From an uncultured Alphaproteobacteria bacterium (GTDB lineage: Bacteria; Pseudomonadota; Alphaproteobacteria; RF32; CAG-239): 64,000 nt of DNA. This document shows positions 29,580-39,545 of this stretch, one piece after another (positions within the stretch are counted from its first letter, which is position 1; each line of letters begins with the position of its first letter). Under the pieces are notes generated by a model. That model made no database searches and had not been told where the DNA came from. It worked only from the letters and a program-made list of their open reading frames with translations. The position numbers and the translations under genes are program-made. Location of the stretch: NCBI GenBank assembly GCA_934270475.1, contig CAKQPS010000003.1:128318-192317 (forward strand). The letters run 5' to 3'.

Positions 29580-30038
29580 ATGTCATTATATGATATAGAT
29601 GAAAAAACACAAATTGATGAATATGGCGTTTGTCATAAAGATTTTTCTTTGCGTGATGAACTTGAGTACAATGCAATGAGACAAAATGAAAAGGAGCAGC
29701 AATCTCAAATCCAAAATGTTAAAACTCAACAATCTCATAATGTTAATAATGTGGACGATTTTATGAATAAATTAAGCAGTTTATATCAAGAATATTTTGG
29801 TGAAAGAAATTATCAAAATAGATACAGAAAAGGCTGTACACCAGAAAATATATTGTACAATACTATTTCTAATTATAAGATTTCACCAAACCCTAAACTT
29901 AATCCAATTGCTAGTTATGTTATATCAAAAGTTCCAACAGTTGATAAGCTGGTTAAAAGTTATGTTAAGGGAGAACAAATAGGTAACGGTGCGGCAAATG
30001 TGTTTAATGCTATGAATGAAGCAGGTTGTTTTAAATAA
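29580..30038 (+). CDS. phage hypothetical protein; N-terminal 40 aa paralogous to the 22561 ORF
   Basis: 152 aa; MSLYDIDEKTQIDEYGVCHKDFSLRDELEYNAMRQN; strong RBS AGGAGAA. Confidence 0.4.
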   Translation: MSLYDIDEKTQIDEYGVCHKDFSLRDELEYNAMRQNEKEQQSQIQNVKTQQSHNVNNVDDFMNKLSSLYQEYFGERNYQNRYRKGCTPENILYNTISNYKISPNPKLNPIASYVISKVPTVDKLVKSYVKGEQIGNGAANVFNAMNEAGCFK

Positions 30039-30129
30039 AATCATTATTCATAGTTATTTTGCTTGCATTTGTAATTATTTTGTTTTACTACTTAAATATG
30101 CTTAATTAACCATATCGGGAGAATGATAA

Positions 30130-30567
30130 ATGAAAATAAAAGATAAAGGGCTGGGCGTGCTTGCCGGATTGTATTTTACATCAGATTATCTGCTTACAGA
30201 GCTGGGACGTTGGATTGAATCTTTAGCGGCTCCTATTGAAACAATAACAGACGTTATGTTTTGGGTTTTTGTCGTTCTCCTGATTGCCGGTTTAATCCAA
30301 AAAGAGAGATTTAGCTTTTTACAGAGTTTTATCACAAAATTCCCAAAGTTTTCTGTATATATGCACTACATTGGCTGTATTTCTTTGCTTGTGTATATCG
30401 TAAGCGCGGTAATTGTGCCGCTTATACTGTCGGAAAGTGTTGGTTCGCTGTTAAAAGAATGTTTAGCTTGGGTATTGATTGTTTTGGGCTACGGCGGGGA
30501 AATTCTTGCTTTGGTTATTGCAACGTATAAAGTATTTTTCCAGCCGAAAACTTCAGAAAATCAATAA
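30130..30567 (+). CDS. integral membrane protein (4 predicted TM helices)
   Basis: 145 aa, hydrophobic segments throughout; followed by a strong terminator. Confidence 0.4.
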   Translation: MKIKDKGLGVLAGLYFTSDYLLTELGRWIESLAAPIETITDVMFWVFVVLLIAGLIQKERFSFLQSFITKFPKFSVYMHYIGCISLLVYIVSAVIVPLILSESVGSLLKECLAWVLIVLGYGGEILALVIATYKVFFQPKTSENQ

Positions 30568-30586
30568 AAAAACTGAATTAAGAAAA

Positions 30587-30618
30587 AACCGGAAGTTCAT
30601 ACTTCCGGTTTTTTCTTA
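30587..30618. terminator. bidirectional rho-independent terminator
   Basis: aaccggaagt-atga-acttccggtt perfect 10-bp stem flanked by A-run and T-run; serves the + strand ORF and the - strand tRNA-Ala. Confidence 0.65.
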
Positions 30619-30619
30619 T

Positions 30620-30695
<76 letters not shown>

Positions 30696-30793
30696 AATAA
30701 AAAGAGAATATCAACATAACGCACATTCAATAACATATAGTTTAAGCTTTGTCAAATTTATTTTTCAGTTTTTTAATATGGGGGTAAATTTAT

Positions 30794-31474
30794 TTATATC
30801 AATGTAAAGTTGTTATGTGCGGTCAAAGTTTCATCAGTCAAAATATCAAGATGCTGTCGGTTATTTTTTATATAATTTATATAGTTATAGAGGGTTTTGC
30901 GGTTACAGTTTAGCAGTTCGGCAATTCTGGAAATCGGGACGTCTTCATTAAGCAGTTCGACTATTTGCCGGAGATGTTTGTCCAAGTGTTTCTTTTGATT
31001 CCTGCTGCCGTTGGGACGCCCCAGCGGACGACCTTCATTGCGTACGCGGCTCAAAGCCTCTTTGGTGCGCTGAGAAATTAAATTGCGCTCAATCTCGGCA
31101 GAAAGCCCAAACGCAAAAGCCAAAACTTTGCTTTGAATATCGGCGCCCAAGCGATAATTGTCTTTAATTGTCCATACTTGCGTTTCTTTGTTTAAGCAAT
31201 CGTGTAAAATACTCATAACCTGCAGCAGATTGCGCCCTAATCTTGAAAGCTCGGTAGCAATCATGATGTCGCCTTTTTTCAAATTTTGTAGCAAACCCCA
31301 AAGCTTTCGTTTTTCCAAACATTGAGTGGCGTTGATTGTTTCCATAATCCAATGGTCTATTTTCATTTTATGGCGTTTACAGAATTGCTCAATTTCAAAT
31401 TTTTGGTTTTTAGTGTTTTGTTTGTCCGTGCTGACGCGGATATATCCGTATATCATTTTATCTCCTTTAAACAA
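30794..31474 (-). CDS. small serine recombinase (resolvase/invertase family; N-terminal catalytic domain, C-terminal HTH)
   Basis: MIYGYIRVSTDKQNTKNQ (catalytic Ser in YIRVST), ...LSRLGRN..., C-terminal HTH ISRIAELLNCNRKTLYNYI; 226 aa. Confidence 0.85.
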   Translation of the reverse strand: MFKGDKMIYGYIRVSTDKQNTKNQKFEIEQFCKRHKMKIDHWIMETINATQCLEKRKLWGLLQNLKKGDIMIATELSRLGRNLLQVMSILHDCLNKETQVWTIKDNYRLGADIQSKVLAFAFGLSAEIERNLISQRTKEALSRVRNEGRPLGRPNGSRNQKKHLDKHLRQIVELLNEDVPISRIAELLNCNRKTLYNYINYIKNNRQHLDILTDETLTAHNNFTLI

Positions 31475-31564
31475 TGTTGTGTGTAAAGGGGTATCATTTT
31501 AAATGATATGCAAAAAAGTTGCCAGCCGGAGATTGTAGGCGTATCAGAAAAATCAGAATTTAAA

Positions 31565-31597
31565 ATAAAAAAAAGACTGTTTTGCAACAGCCCTTTT
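31565..31597 (-). terminator. rho-independent terminator downstream of tRNA-Asn on the - strand
   Basis: Minus strand reads GGGCTGTTGCAAAACAGTC followed by TTTTTTTT. Confidence 0.5.
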
Positions 31598-31599
31598 AG

Positions 31600-31674
31600 T
31601 GGCTCCGACTATCTGATTCGAACAGATGACCGATCGGTTAACAGCCGATTGCTCTACCGCTGAGCTAAGTCGGA
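31600..31674 (-). tRNA. tRNA-Asn (anticodon GUU)
   Basis: Reverse complement TCCGACTTAGCTCAGCGGTAGAGCAATCGGCTGTTAACCGATCGGTCATCTGTTCGAATCAGATAGTCGGAGCCA; 7-bp acceptor stem, anticodon loop CUGUUAA, TPsiC loop TTCGAAT. Confidence 0.9.
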
Positions 31675-31681
31675 ATAATTT

Positions 31682-31756
31682 TGGAGGTCGGTACCGGAAT
31701 TGAACCGATATAAAAGGATTTGCAGTCCTCTGCATGAGCCATTCTGCCAACCGACC
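31682..31756 (-). tRNA. tRNA-Cys (anticodon GCA)
   Basis: Reverse complement GGTCGGTTGGCAGAATGGCTCATGCAGAGGACTGCAAATCCTTTTATATCGGTTCAATTCCGGTACCGACCTCCA; anticodon loop CUGCAAA; U73 discriminator typical of tRNA-Cys. Confidence 0.85.
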
Positions 31757-31934
31757 GGTTCGTACCTAAGTACCAAACTCATTTAACAAAGATCATATAT
31801 ACCGATTTTTTTTCAAACGTCAACACTTTTTTTTACTTTTTTTCATTTTTTTTATATCGGTGGAAAAAATACGTTTTTTTGTAGAGCATTTTTTCTGTTA
31901 TATTATATATTTGTGCCAACAATAGGAGAAAACA

Positions 31935-32363
31935 ATGAAAATAGCTATCGCGTCCGATCACGGCGGATTTGAATTGAAAGAACAGCTGAAACAGCATTAT
32001 GCTGATTTAAAAATGAATGATTTAGGCACTTATTCGGCAGAATCGGTAGACTATCCCGATATTGCTGATAAAATGGCGCAGGAAATCCTTGATAAAAAAG
32101 CTGATTTGGGCATTTTAATCTGCGGTACCGGAATTGGTATTTCAATTGCCGCTAACCGCCATAAAGGGATTCGCGCCGCTTTGCTCTATAGCGTCGAAGT
32201 AGCTAAATTGGCAAAACAGCATAACAACGCCAATGTAATTGTTTTTGGCGGGCGCACCATGAAATTTGCCGATGTAACAGCGGAAATTGACGCCTTTTTA
32301 GCGGCAGAATATGAAGGGGGACGCCATCAGCGCCGTTTAGATAAATTAGATAAGGGGGAATAA
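31935..32363 (+). CDS. rpiB: ribose-5-phosphate isomerase B
   Basis: 142 aa; [18 protein letters not shown]...[15 protein letters not shown]...[10 protein letters not shown] matches the RpiB/LacAB family. Confidence 0.85.
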   Translation: MKIAIASDHGGFELKEQLKQHYADLKMNDLGTYSAESVDYPDIADKMAQEILDKKADLGILICGTGIGISIAANRHKGIRAALLYSVEVAKLAKQHNNANVIVFGGRTMKFADVTAEIDAFLAAEYEGGRHQRRLDKLDKGE

Positions 32364-32364
32364 T

Positions 32365-33621
32365 ATGGATTTTGAGCAGAGTTTACAGACAGAAGACCGC
32401 GATGTTTATGATATTATTCAAAAAGAACTTAAACGCCAGCGCGAACAAGTAGAGCTGATTGCCAGCGAAAACATAGTTTCACGCGCGGTTATGGAGGCGC
32501 AGGGTTCCGTCTTGACCAATAAATATGCCGAAGGCTATCCTGCCCATCGCTATTATTGCGGCTGTGAATTTATTGATAAAGTGGAATCTTTAGCGCAGGA
32601 ACGGGCTAAAAAAATATTCAAAGCTCAATATGTTAATGTGCAGCCTCATTCCGGCTCGCAAGCCAATATGGCGGTTTATTTTGCCTTGCTTACCCCTGGC
32701 GATACAATTATGGGTATGAGCTTGGACGCTGGCGGACACCTGACTCACGGTGCCAAAGTTTCAATGTCCGGTAAATTGTTTAAGGCTGTGCAATACGGCG
32801 TGCGTAAAGACACCGGCTTAATTGATTATGATGAAACAGAATGCTTGGCTTTGGACTGCAAGCCGAAATTGATTGTTGCCGGCGGTTCGGCTTATCCGCG
32901 ACAGATAAATTTTGCCCGTTTCCGTGAAATTGCCGACCGTGTAGGTGCTTATTTAATGGTTGATATGGCGCATTTTGCTGGTTTGGTTGCCGGCGGACAA
33001 CACCCGAACCCGCTGGATTTTGCCGATGTTGTCACCACAACAACTCACAAAACACTGCGCGGACCTCGCGGCGGTATGATTTTAACAAACAACGCCGATA
33101 TTTATAAAAAGGTTAATTCGGCAGTGTTCCCAGGGTCTCAGGGCGGACCGCTGGAGCATGTGATTGCCGGTAAAGCTGTTTGCTTTGGCGAGGCTTTGAC
33201 GCCGCAGTTTCAAGAATATGCTAAGCAGGTTATCGTCAACGCCAAAGTTTTGGGCAACACTTTGATAAAACGCGGCTTAGATTTGGTATCGGGCGGAACT
33301 GACACTCATTTGGTGCTGGTAGATTTGCGCCCAAAGAAACTGACTGGCGATGTGGTTACGACCGCTTTGGAAAAATCGCATATAACCTGCAATAAAAATG
33401 CCATACCATTTGACCCGCAGCCTCCTAAGGTTACTTCCGGCGTGCGCTTGGGAACTCCGGCAGGCACTACCCGTGGTTTCAAAGAGGCTGAATTTGAGCT
33501 CATCGGCAACTGCATCGGCGATGTGGTTGACGCTTTGGCTCAAGGAAACGCCGATGCGGTGATTGAGCAAACTAAAAATAAAATTATTAAACTTTGTAAC
33601 AACTTTCCAATTTATGAGTAA
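32365..33621 (+). CDS. glyA: serine hydroxymethyltransferase
   Basis: 418 aa; [33 protein letters not shown]-lysine region [14 protein letters not shown]. Confidence 0.95.
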   Translation: MDFEQSLQTEDRDVYDIIQKELKRQREQVELIASENIVSRAVMEAQGSVLTNKYAEGYPAHRYYCGCEFIDKVESLAQERAKKIFKAQYVNVQPHSGSQANMAVYFALLTPGDTIMGMSLDAGGHLTHGAKVSMSGKLFKAVQYGVRKDTGLIDYDETECLALDCKPKLIVAGGSAYPRQINFARFREIADRVGAYLMVDMAHFAGLVAGGQHPNPLDFADVVTTTTHKTLRGPRGGMILTNNADIYKKVNSAVFPGSQGGPLEHVIAGKAVCFGEALTPQFQEYAKQVIVNAKVLGNTLIKRGLDLVSGGTDTHLVLVDLRPKKLTGDVVTTALEKSHITCNKNAIPFDPQPPKVTSGVRLGTPAGTTRGFKEAEFELIGNCIGDVVDALAQGNADAVIEQTKNKIIKLCNNFPIYE

Positions 33622-33633
33622 AGGATTGAAAAT

Positions 33634-34053
33634 ATGATTAAAAGCTTTTTTAATGAATTTAAAAAATTTGCAATGCGCGGCAATGTTATGGATATGGCTG
33701 TCGGTATCATCATTGGTGCTGCGTTTGGTAAAATTGTCGATTCTATGGTAAAAGATATTATGATGCCGCCAATAGGTCTGCTTTTGGGTAAAGTTGATTT
33801 TTCTGATTTGAAATGGAAAATCGCCGATGATGTTTCAATCAACTATGGTGTTTTCTTAAACAACGTTATCAGCTTTATCATTGTGGCTTTTGCTGTATTT
33901 GTTTTAATCAAAGCCGTAAATAAACTGCAAGAAAAAATGATAAAAGAGGAAGAGGCTGCTCCAACCACCAAAAAGTGTCCGTATTGCTGTGAGGAAATTC
34001 CTTTGGCTGCAGTAAAATGCCCGCATTGCACCTCGGATTTACCAAAAAAATAA
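33634..34053 (+). CDS. mscL: large-conductance mechanosensitive channel MscL with a C-terminal Cys4 extension
   Basis: [27 protein letters not shown]...MPPIGLLLG typical of MscL; extra tail [24 protein letters not shown]. Confidence 0.8.
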   Translation: MIKSFFNEFKKFAMRGNVMDMAVGIIIGAAFGKIVDSMVKDIMMPPIGLLLGKVDFSDLKWKIADDVSINYGVFLNNVISFIIVAFAVFVLIKAVNKLQEKMIKEEEAAPTTKKCPYCCEEIPLAAVKCPHCTSDLPKK

Positions 34054-34151
34054 TAATCTGAAAAGCAATAATTTTAAACGCTGGTCTAAAAAGCCGGCGT
34101 TTTTATTATCTTTTTTAGTGATTTTTTAGCAAAAATCCGCTAATATCGCTA

Positions 34152-35513
34152 TTGATATTTGAAAGGTGCTTTAAAATGAATAAAATCAGAATTATTGTTT
34201 CAGCAATGCTTTGTAGTGTGATGCTGCTTGCGGGCAGTATGGCTTGCGCTGCGCCAAAAGCTAAAAACACTCCGCCTAAGGAATGGACGGTGTGGCTGGA
34301 AAGTTTAAAGCGCGAGATGATTTCTAAAGGCATTTCTCAAAAAACTATTGATGAGGCTTATAAAGGCAAAAACTATTATCACCCGCTGCCGGAAGTGGTG
34401 CGGCTTGATAAAAAACAGACCGAGCTGGTGCTGACAACCTGCGCTTATATAAATCGTTTGGTTACCGAAAAAAGAGTTAAAGATGCTAGAGAGCATAATT
34501 CTAAATTAACTAAAAAATATAAAAAAATAGAAAAAGAATATGGAGTTCCTATGCCGTATTTAACGGCGTTTTGGGCGGTGGAAACCAATTTTGGGCAAAA
34601 TAAAGGCACCTATCACCTGATAGACAGCCTGACTAATTTAAGCTATAAAAACCGCCGTTCCAAGTTTTTTAAAAACGAACTGTATCAAGTTTTGAAAATT
34701 ATGGATAAAACCAAGCTCAGTGAAGATAAAATGCTGGGTTCTTGGGCGGGTGCCATGGGGCATTTTCAGTTTATGCCGTCCACTTACAACAGCTATGCCG
34801 TGGACTTTGACGGCGACGGCGTGCCGGATATTTGGAATTCGTTTGATGATGCTATTGCTTCTGCCGCCAACTATTTGGGCTCTTTGGGCTGGAAAAAAGA
34901 CGAGCCGTGGGGCATGCGTGTTTCTTTGCCGTGGAACTTTGATTTTAGTCAGGTCGGTCGCCAAACCACCAAAAAAGTCGGAGAATGGAAAAAAATCGGC
35001 GTCAAAACCTATTACGGCTATAATCTGCCATTTGACTCCGAGCTTAAAGGTTCGGTAATACTGCCTGACGGGCGCAAAGGTCCGGCGTATCTCGTGTTTG
35101 GCAACTTTAAGCGCGTGATGATATGGAATCGCTCCGATAACTATGCTTTGGCGATTGTCAGTCTTGCCGATTATATTAAAAGCCCAAAGAAAAAATGGAC
35201 TCCGGTTCATGCCGCCGAGCAATATGTAATGAACAGCGATGAAATTAAAATCATTCAGCGGTTTTATAACAAGTTTGTACGCAACAAAATTAAAGAAGAC
35301 GGCAAACTTGGCAGCGATACGCGTAAAGCCGTAAAATTTTTGCAGCACAAAGCCAAACTGCCGGAAGACGGCTATCCTGACTATCAATTGCTGACCAAAA
35401 TTAAAAATTATAATCCGAAAATTGGGTTTGGTGTGCCGGTTCCGGTGGATAAAAAACCGTCGCTGCACAAAAAAGCTCAAGCCGTTCCGGCAAAAAAGGC
35501 TAAGCATAAATGA
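34152..35513 (+). CDS. lytic murein transglycosylase (MltB/Slt35-like) with a C-terminal peptidoglycan-binding domain
   Basis: Lipoprotein-like signal peptide; TAFWAVETNFGQNKGTYHLIDSLTNLSY, GSWAGAMGHFQFMPSTY (SLT domain 2 motifs); C-terminal PG_binding_1-like IIQRFYNKF...DGKLGSDTRKAVKFLQ. Confidence 0.8.
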   Translation: MIFERCFKMNKIRIIVSAMLCSVMLLAGSMACAAPKAKNTPPKEWTVWLESLKREMISKGISQKTIDEAYKGKNYYHPLPEVVRLDKKQTELVLTTCAYINRLVTEKRVKDAREHNSKLTKKYKKIEKEYGVPMPYLTAFWAVETNFGQNKGTYHLIDSLTNLSYKNRRSKFFKNELYQVLKIMDKTKLSEDKMLGSWAGAMGHFQFMPSTYNSYAVDFDGDGVPDIWNSFDDAIASAANYLGSLGWKKDEPWGMRVSLPWNFDFSQVGRQTTKKVGEWKKIGVKTYYGYNLPFDSELKGSVILPDGRKGPAYLVFGNFKRVMIWNRSDNYALAIVSLADYIKSPKKKWTPVHAAEQYVMNSDEIKIIQRFYNKFVRNKIKEDGKLGSDTRKAVKFLQHKAKLPEDGYPDYQLLTKIKNYNPKIGFGVPVPVDKKPSLHKKAQAVPAKKAKHK

Positions 35514-35573
35514 ATAATAATGCTTGCCGATATCAAAAAATCAGAGTAGGGTGGTTTAACTTAAAATTTTAAG

Positions 35574-36692
35574 ATGAATAACAGAATGAACAGTATTAAA
35601 CTATTTTTTGCTTTGCTGATTTGCGCCGGCGCGCTTAGCTCTTGTTCAAGCGGAACTCCTGAATTGTCCGGTTTATCTCCGCAGGCGCAGGCGGAAATAA
35701 TCAAAAATTACGGCGGAATATATAAGGTTGGAAATCCGTATAAAATTGCCGGAAAATGGTATTATCCGAAAGAAGACTACAGCTATTCGGAAGTTGGTAC
35801 GGCGTCATGGTACGGCGAAGATTTTAACGGCAAGCCGACCGCCAACGGCGAACGCTATAATATGAACACTTTAACTGCGGCGCACCGCACCTTGCCGCTG
35901 CCTAGTATTGTGCGCGTAACCAATTTGCAAAACGGGCGCTCCATAATTTTGCGCGTAAATGACCGCGGACCATATGTAAAAGACCGTATTATAGACCTTT
36001 CCAAGCGCGGAGCGCAGCTTTTGGGATATATGGGACAGGGCACCACCCGAGTAAAAGTTGAAGTTATGCCTAAAGAAAGCAAGGCGTTGAAAGAAGCGTT
36101 GCTGAATTTGTCTTCGGCAAAAGGCAAAGCTTTGGCAGCCAGCTCAACTCCGGCGCCGTCTTTGTATGAATCCTCTGCCGAACGCATAGAAATTTCCGAG
36201 CATGTTGCCGAACAGGCTGATGTTTATGCCAGCGCCGGCGGCAAAACTTACAGCACCGGTACCTACACGCCGACCGGAACAACAGATGAACCAGCGGTTT
36301 ACGGAAGTGCGGCTTCTGCCGGCGGAGAACGTAAAACTGGTGCGCTGGGCACTGCCGGAACAGTCAAATCTGCTGATAACAGCGGTATATACGGCGTTGC
36401 CGCCAAAAATCCGGAAAAAGGCGATACGCGTGCTGTCAGCGGACGCGGCTATCAATATTTGTCGGGATATTATTACATTCACGCCGGAGCATTCACGCAA
36501 TATGACAAGGCGCATGTTTTAATGGTTCGGCTAAAAGAATACGGCAGCAGCCATATTGTTAAAATTGATGTCAGCGGAACGACTTACTATCGGGTGTCGG
36601 TTGGTCCGTACAGCCGTGTGGAAGAGGCTAAAGTGGCACAGGCTAAGTTAAAGTATTATGGTGTGAGCGACACCAGAATTGAAAAGAAATAG
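35574..36692 (+). CDS. rlpA: septal ring lytic transglycosylase RlpA family protein (DPBB domain plus C-terminal SPOR domain)
   Basis: Lipobox LSSCSS; ASWYGEDFNGKPTANGERYNMNTLTAAHRTLPLPSIVRVTNLQNGRSIILRVNDRGPY (DPBB); C-terminal SPOR-like YYIHAGAFTQYDKAHVLMVRLKEYG...YRVSVGPY. Confidence 0.8.
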   Translation: MNNRMNSIKLFFALLICAGALSSCSSGTPELSGLSPQAQAEIIKNYGGIYKVGNPYKIAGKWYYPKEDYSYSEVGTASWYGEDFNGKPTANGERYNMNTLTAAHRTLPLPSIVRVTNLQNGRSIILRVNDRGPYVKDRIIDLSKRGAQLLGYMGQGTTRVKVEVMPKESKALKEALLNLSSAKGKALAASSTPAPSLYESSAERIEISEHVAEQADVYASAGGKTYSTGTYTPTGTTDEPAVYGSAASAGGERKTGALGTAGTVKSADNSGIYGVAAKNPEKGDTRAVSGRGYQYLSGYYYIHAGAFTQYDKAHVLMVRLKEYGSSHIVKIDVSGTTYYRVSVGPYSRVEEAKVAQAKLKYYGVSDTRIEKK

Positions 36693-36702
36693 GAGATAAA
36701 AG

Positions 36703-37848
36703 ATGAAGTTTAATAAAATTGGATTGACTGTTTTGTTATGCAGCACGGTTTACGGCTTTAACGCAATGTCTTTTGAAACTGCCGCGCGCAACGCAATTTT
36801 GATGGACTATGACACCGGCGAATATCTGTTTACTAAAAATATGGACGAGAGCGTGCCTCCGGCATCTATGAGCAAGCTGATGACCGTGTATATTTTAATG
36901 AGCAAAATCAAAGACGGGACAATTAAACTTGACGATACTTTTTCGGTTAGCGAAAACGCTTGGCGCAAAGGCGGAGCTGCAACCGGCGGTTCTACCATGT
37001 TCCTTTCTATCGGCGACAATGTCAGTGTCGAAAATTTGATTAAAGGCATTGTAATTCAGTCCGGCAACGACGCCTGCATTGTGGTAGCCGAAAATGTTGC
37101 CGGTTCGGAAGATGATTTTGTGATTTTGATGAATAAAACCGCTAAAAAGCTGGGCTTGAAAAACAGCCATTTTGAAAACGCTACCGGTTTGCCGCATCCG
37201 GACCACAGAATGTCTATGGAAGATTTAGCAATTCTTTCCCGCCATATTATCAGCGAATTTCCGGAACTTTATCATTATTTCAGCCAAAAAGAATTTGTTT
37301 ATAACAACATTAAGCAGGGCAACCGCAATCCGCTGTTATATACCATGAAAGGCGCCGACGGTCTGAAAACCGGACATACCGAAGAAGCCGGATTCTGTTT
37401 GGCTGCGTCAGCAACAAAAGGCGATCGCCGCTTGATTGAGGTTATGAGCGGAATGAGCAGCAACCGTGAGCGTTCGGAAGAAGCAGAGCGCCTGATGAGC
37501 TGGGGCTTTAGAGAGTTTAACAATTTCAAAATCTTTAACAAGGGACAAAATATTGCCGCGGCTAAAGTTTGGTACGGCAAGGACAAAACCGTTAATTTGA
37601 CGGTTGCGGACGATGTGTTGAAAACCGTTCACCGCAGCCAGCAGGAAAATGTTGAAGTTACGGCAGAATTCGACGAGCCGGTGAAAGCTCCGATTAAAGC
37701 CGGTCAAAAAATCGGTGACATCAAAATAGAAATAGAAGGTCAGCCAATGCTGAATGTTCCCTTGGTGGCAGCTGACGATGTGGCAGAAACCGGAATGCTT
37801 GGCAAACTGTGGGCAAATATAAAATATTTTGTATTCGGAGTTAAATAA
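36703..37848 (+). CDS. D-alanyl-D-alanine carboxypeptidase (peptidase S11, PBP5/6-like)
   Basis: Signal peptide; SxxK motif PPASMSKLMT, SGN motif (IQSGNDA), KTG motif (GLKTGHT); C-terminal PBP5_C-like domain. Confidence 0.85.
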   Translation: MKFNKIGLTVLLCSTVYGFNAMSFETAARNAILMDYDTGEYLFTKNMDESVPPASMSKLMTVYILMSKIKDGTIKLDDTFSVSENAWRKGGAATGGSTMFLSIGDNVSVENLIKGIVIQSGNDACIVVAENVAGSEDDFVILMNKTAKKLGLKNSHFENATGLPHPDHRMSMEDLAILSRHIISEFPELYHYFSQKEFVYNNIKQGNRNPLLYTMKGADGLKTGHTEEAGFCLAASATKGDRRLIEVMSGMSSNRERSEEAERLMSWGFREFNNFKIFNKGQNIAAAKVWYGKDKTVNLTVADDVLKTVHRSQQENVEVTAEFDEPVKAPIKAGQKIGDIKIEIEGQPMLNVPLVAADDVAETGMLGKLWANIKYFVFGVK

Positions 37849-38492
37849 TGCGCGGCAAATATATCACGCTGGAAGGCGGTGAGGGCTGCGGAAAATCAAC
37901 GCAAGTCAGGCTGCTGGCACAGTATCTTGAGCAAAACGGCATTGCCTGCGTGCAAAGCAAAGAACCGGGGAGCACAGAAGAAGGCAAAATAATCCGCAGC
38001 TTGTTGGTTACCGGCGATAAGGATAAATTTGACGCCATAAGCGAATGTTTGCTCTACTATGCCGACCGGCGCTGTGATTTAACCAAGGTGGTATGGCCTG
38101 CGCTTGATGCCGGAAAATGGGTGATAAGCGACCGATATGCCGATTCGACCGAAGCCTATCAATATTACGGTTATGATAAACGTGTCCCGCTGGAAACTCT
38201 GCAAAATTTATACAAAATTGTTGCCGGAGATTTTAAGCCGGATTTGACCATTATTTTAGATATTGAACCGGAAGTCGGTATGCGCCGTTCCTATGCTAAA
38301 GCCGAAACAATGGCGGTAAAAGAGCTGCGTTTTGAGAGCCGTCAGTTGGAATTTCACAATAATCTGCGCCGCGGCTTTTTAGAAATTGCCAAACGCGAGC
38401 CGGAGCGCTGCGTGGTTTTGAATGCCGACACCGATATTGAAACTTTGCACAAACAAATTGTGGAAACCGTAAAAGAAAGGCTGGGCTGCTGA
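37848..38492 (+). CDS. tmk: thymidylate kinase
   Basis: MRGKYITLEGGEGCGKSTQ P-loop; DRY motif (ISDRYADST); TAATG overlap with the upstream gene. Confidence 0.9.
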   Translation: MRGKYITLEGGEGCGKSTQVRLLAQYLEQNGIACVQSKEPGSTEEGKIIRSLLVTGDKDKFDAISECLLYYADRRCDLTKVVWPALDAGKWVISDRYADSTEAYQYYGYDKRVPLETLQNLYKIVAGDFKPDLTIILDIEPEVGMRRSYAKAETMAVKELRFESRQLEFHNNLRRGFLEIAKREPERCVVLNADTDIETLHKQIVETVKERLGC

Positions 38493-39544
38493 TGGCGGAC
38501 GAAATAAACATCTCGCCGCGCAATAACAGCTTTTTGCTTGGGCAAACGCAGGCGGAAGAAGTTTTTTTGAAAGCTTGGAAAAATCAGACCATGCACCACG
38601 CTTGGATTTTGAGCGGACCCAAAGGTATCGGTAAAGCCACTTTAGCCTATCGTATCGCCCGTTTTTTGTTATGGGCAGATGAAAGCAAAAAAAATGCATA
38701 TAATTCCTTGAATGTTCCCGAAGATTCTCCGGTTTTTAAGCAGGTCGCCACCGGTTCGCATTTGGATTTAATGGTGGTGGAGCGCGATTATATCGAAACC
38801 GACCGCAAAAAAATTATTAAAGCCATTCAAAAAGGCGAAGCGCCAGATGAAGAAGAATTAAGCTCTCTGAAAAAATCGGCGTTTATCCGCGTAGATGATG
38901 TGCGTAAGGTCAATGAGTTTTTATCTAAAACCTCGTTTAATAATAATTGGCGCGTGGTGATTATTGACAGCGCCGATGATATGAATAAAAACGCCGCCAA
39001 TGCTTTGCTGAAAATTTTGGAAGAGCCGCCGGCGCATACGGTTTTACTGCTTATCAGCCATAATGCCGGAATGTTGCTGCCAACTATCCGCTCCCGCTGC
39101 GCCAAACTGCCGCTGCAAATGCTTGATGTCAACACAACAGCCAGCTTGCTGCGCCGCTATCGTCCGCATTTGAACGAGGCGATGATAAGCAAAGTGGCGG
39201 AAATGTGTCCGCAAAGCGTGGGGCAGGCAATTATGTATGCCGATTTGGACGCGGTCGGAATGTATGACAGCTTATGCAAAATTCTTTATTCCAAACAAAA
39301 ATTTTCGTTGAGCGAATTGCTGGATTTTTGCACTGAGGCTGTGACAACTCCGGATAGTTTTGATTTGCTGCAAGAGCTGATTTTGAAGTTTATCCGCGAA
39401 AATATGCCGCAAAGTCAAGATGTTGAAGCACTATATGCCTGCTGGGACGAAACAAATAAAATGTTTGCCGACTGCCAAAATATCAATATGGATAAAAAGC
39501 AGATGTTAATTAAACTTTTGACTAAAATTTGCAAGGTGCTGTAA
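38492..39544 (+). CDS. holB: DNA polymerase III subunit delta'
   Basis: AWILSGPKGIGKATLAYRIARFLL..., LLKILEEPPAHTVLLLISHN, SRC motif TIRSRCAKLPL; TGATG overlap with tmk. Confidence 0.75.
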   Translation: MADEINISPRNNSFLLGQTQAEEVFLKAWKNQTMHHAWILSGPKGIGKATLAYRIARFLLWADESKKNAYNSLNVPEDSPVFKQVATGSHLDLMVVERDYIETDRKKIIKAIQKGEAPDEEELSSLKKSAFIRVDDVRKVNEFLSKTSFNNNWRVVIIDSADDMNKNAANALLKILEEPPAHTVLLLISHNAGMLLPTIRSRCAKLPLQMLDVNTTASLLRRYRPHLNEAMISKVAEMCPQSVGQAIMYADLDAVGMYDSLCKILYSKQKFSLSELLDFCTEAVTTPDSFDLLQELILKFIRENMPQSQDVEALYACWDETNKMFADCQNINMDKKQMLIKLLTKICKVL

Positions 39545-39545
39545 A

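Noticed and set aside
30774-30790. TGGGGGTA on the plus strand resembling the tRNA-Ala 5' end (possible att remnant)
   Set aside because: Only 8 nt, and in inverted orientation relative to the tRNA; not significant without longer flanking identity.
34638-35507. 289-aa minus-strand ORF
   Set aside because: Antisense to the lytic transglycosylase gene, whose motifs are unambiguous; frame-shadow artefact.
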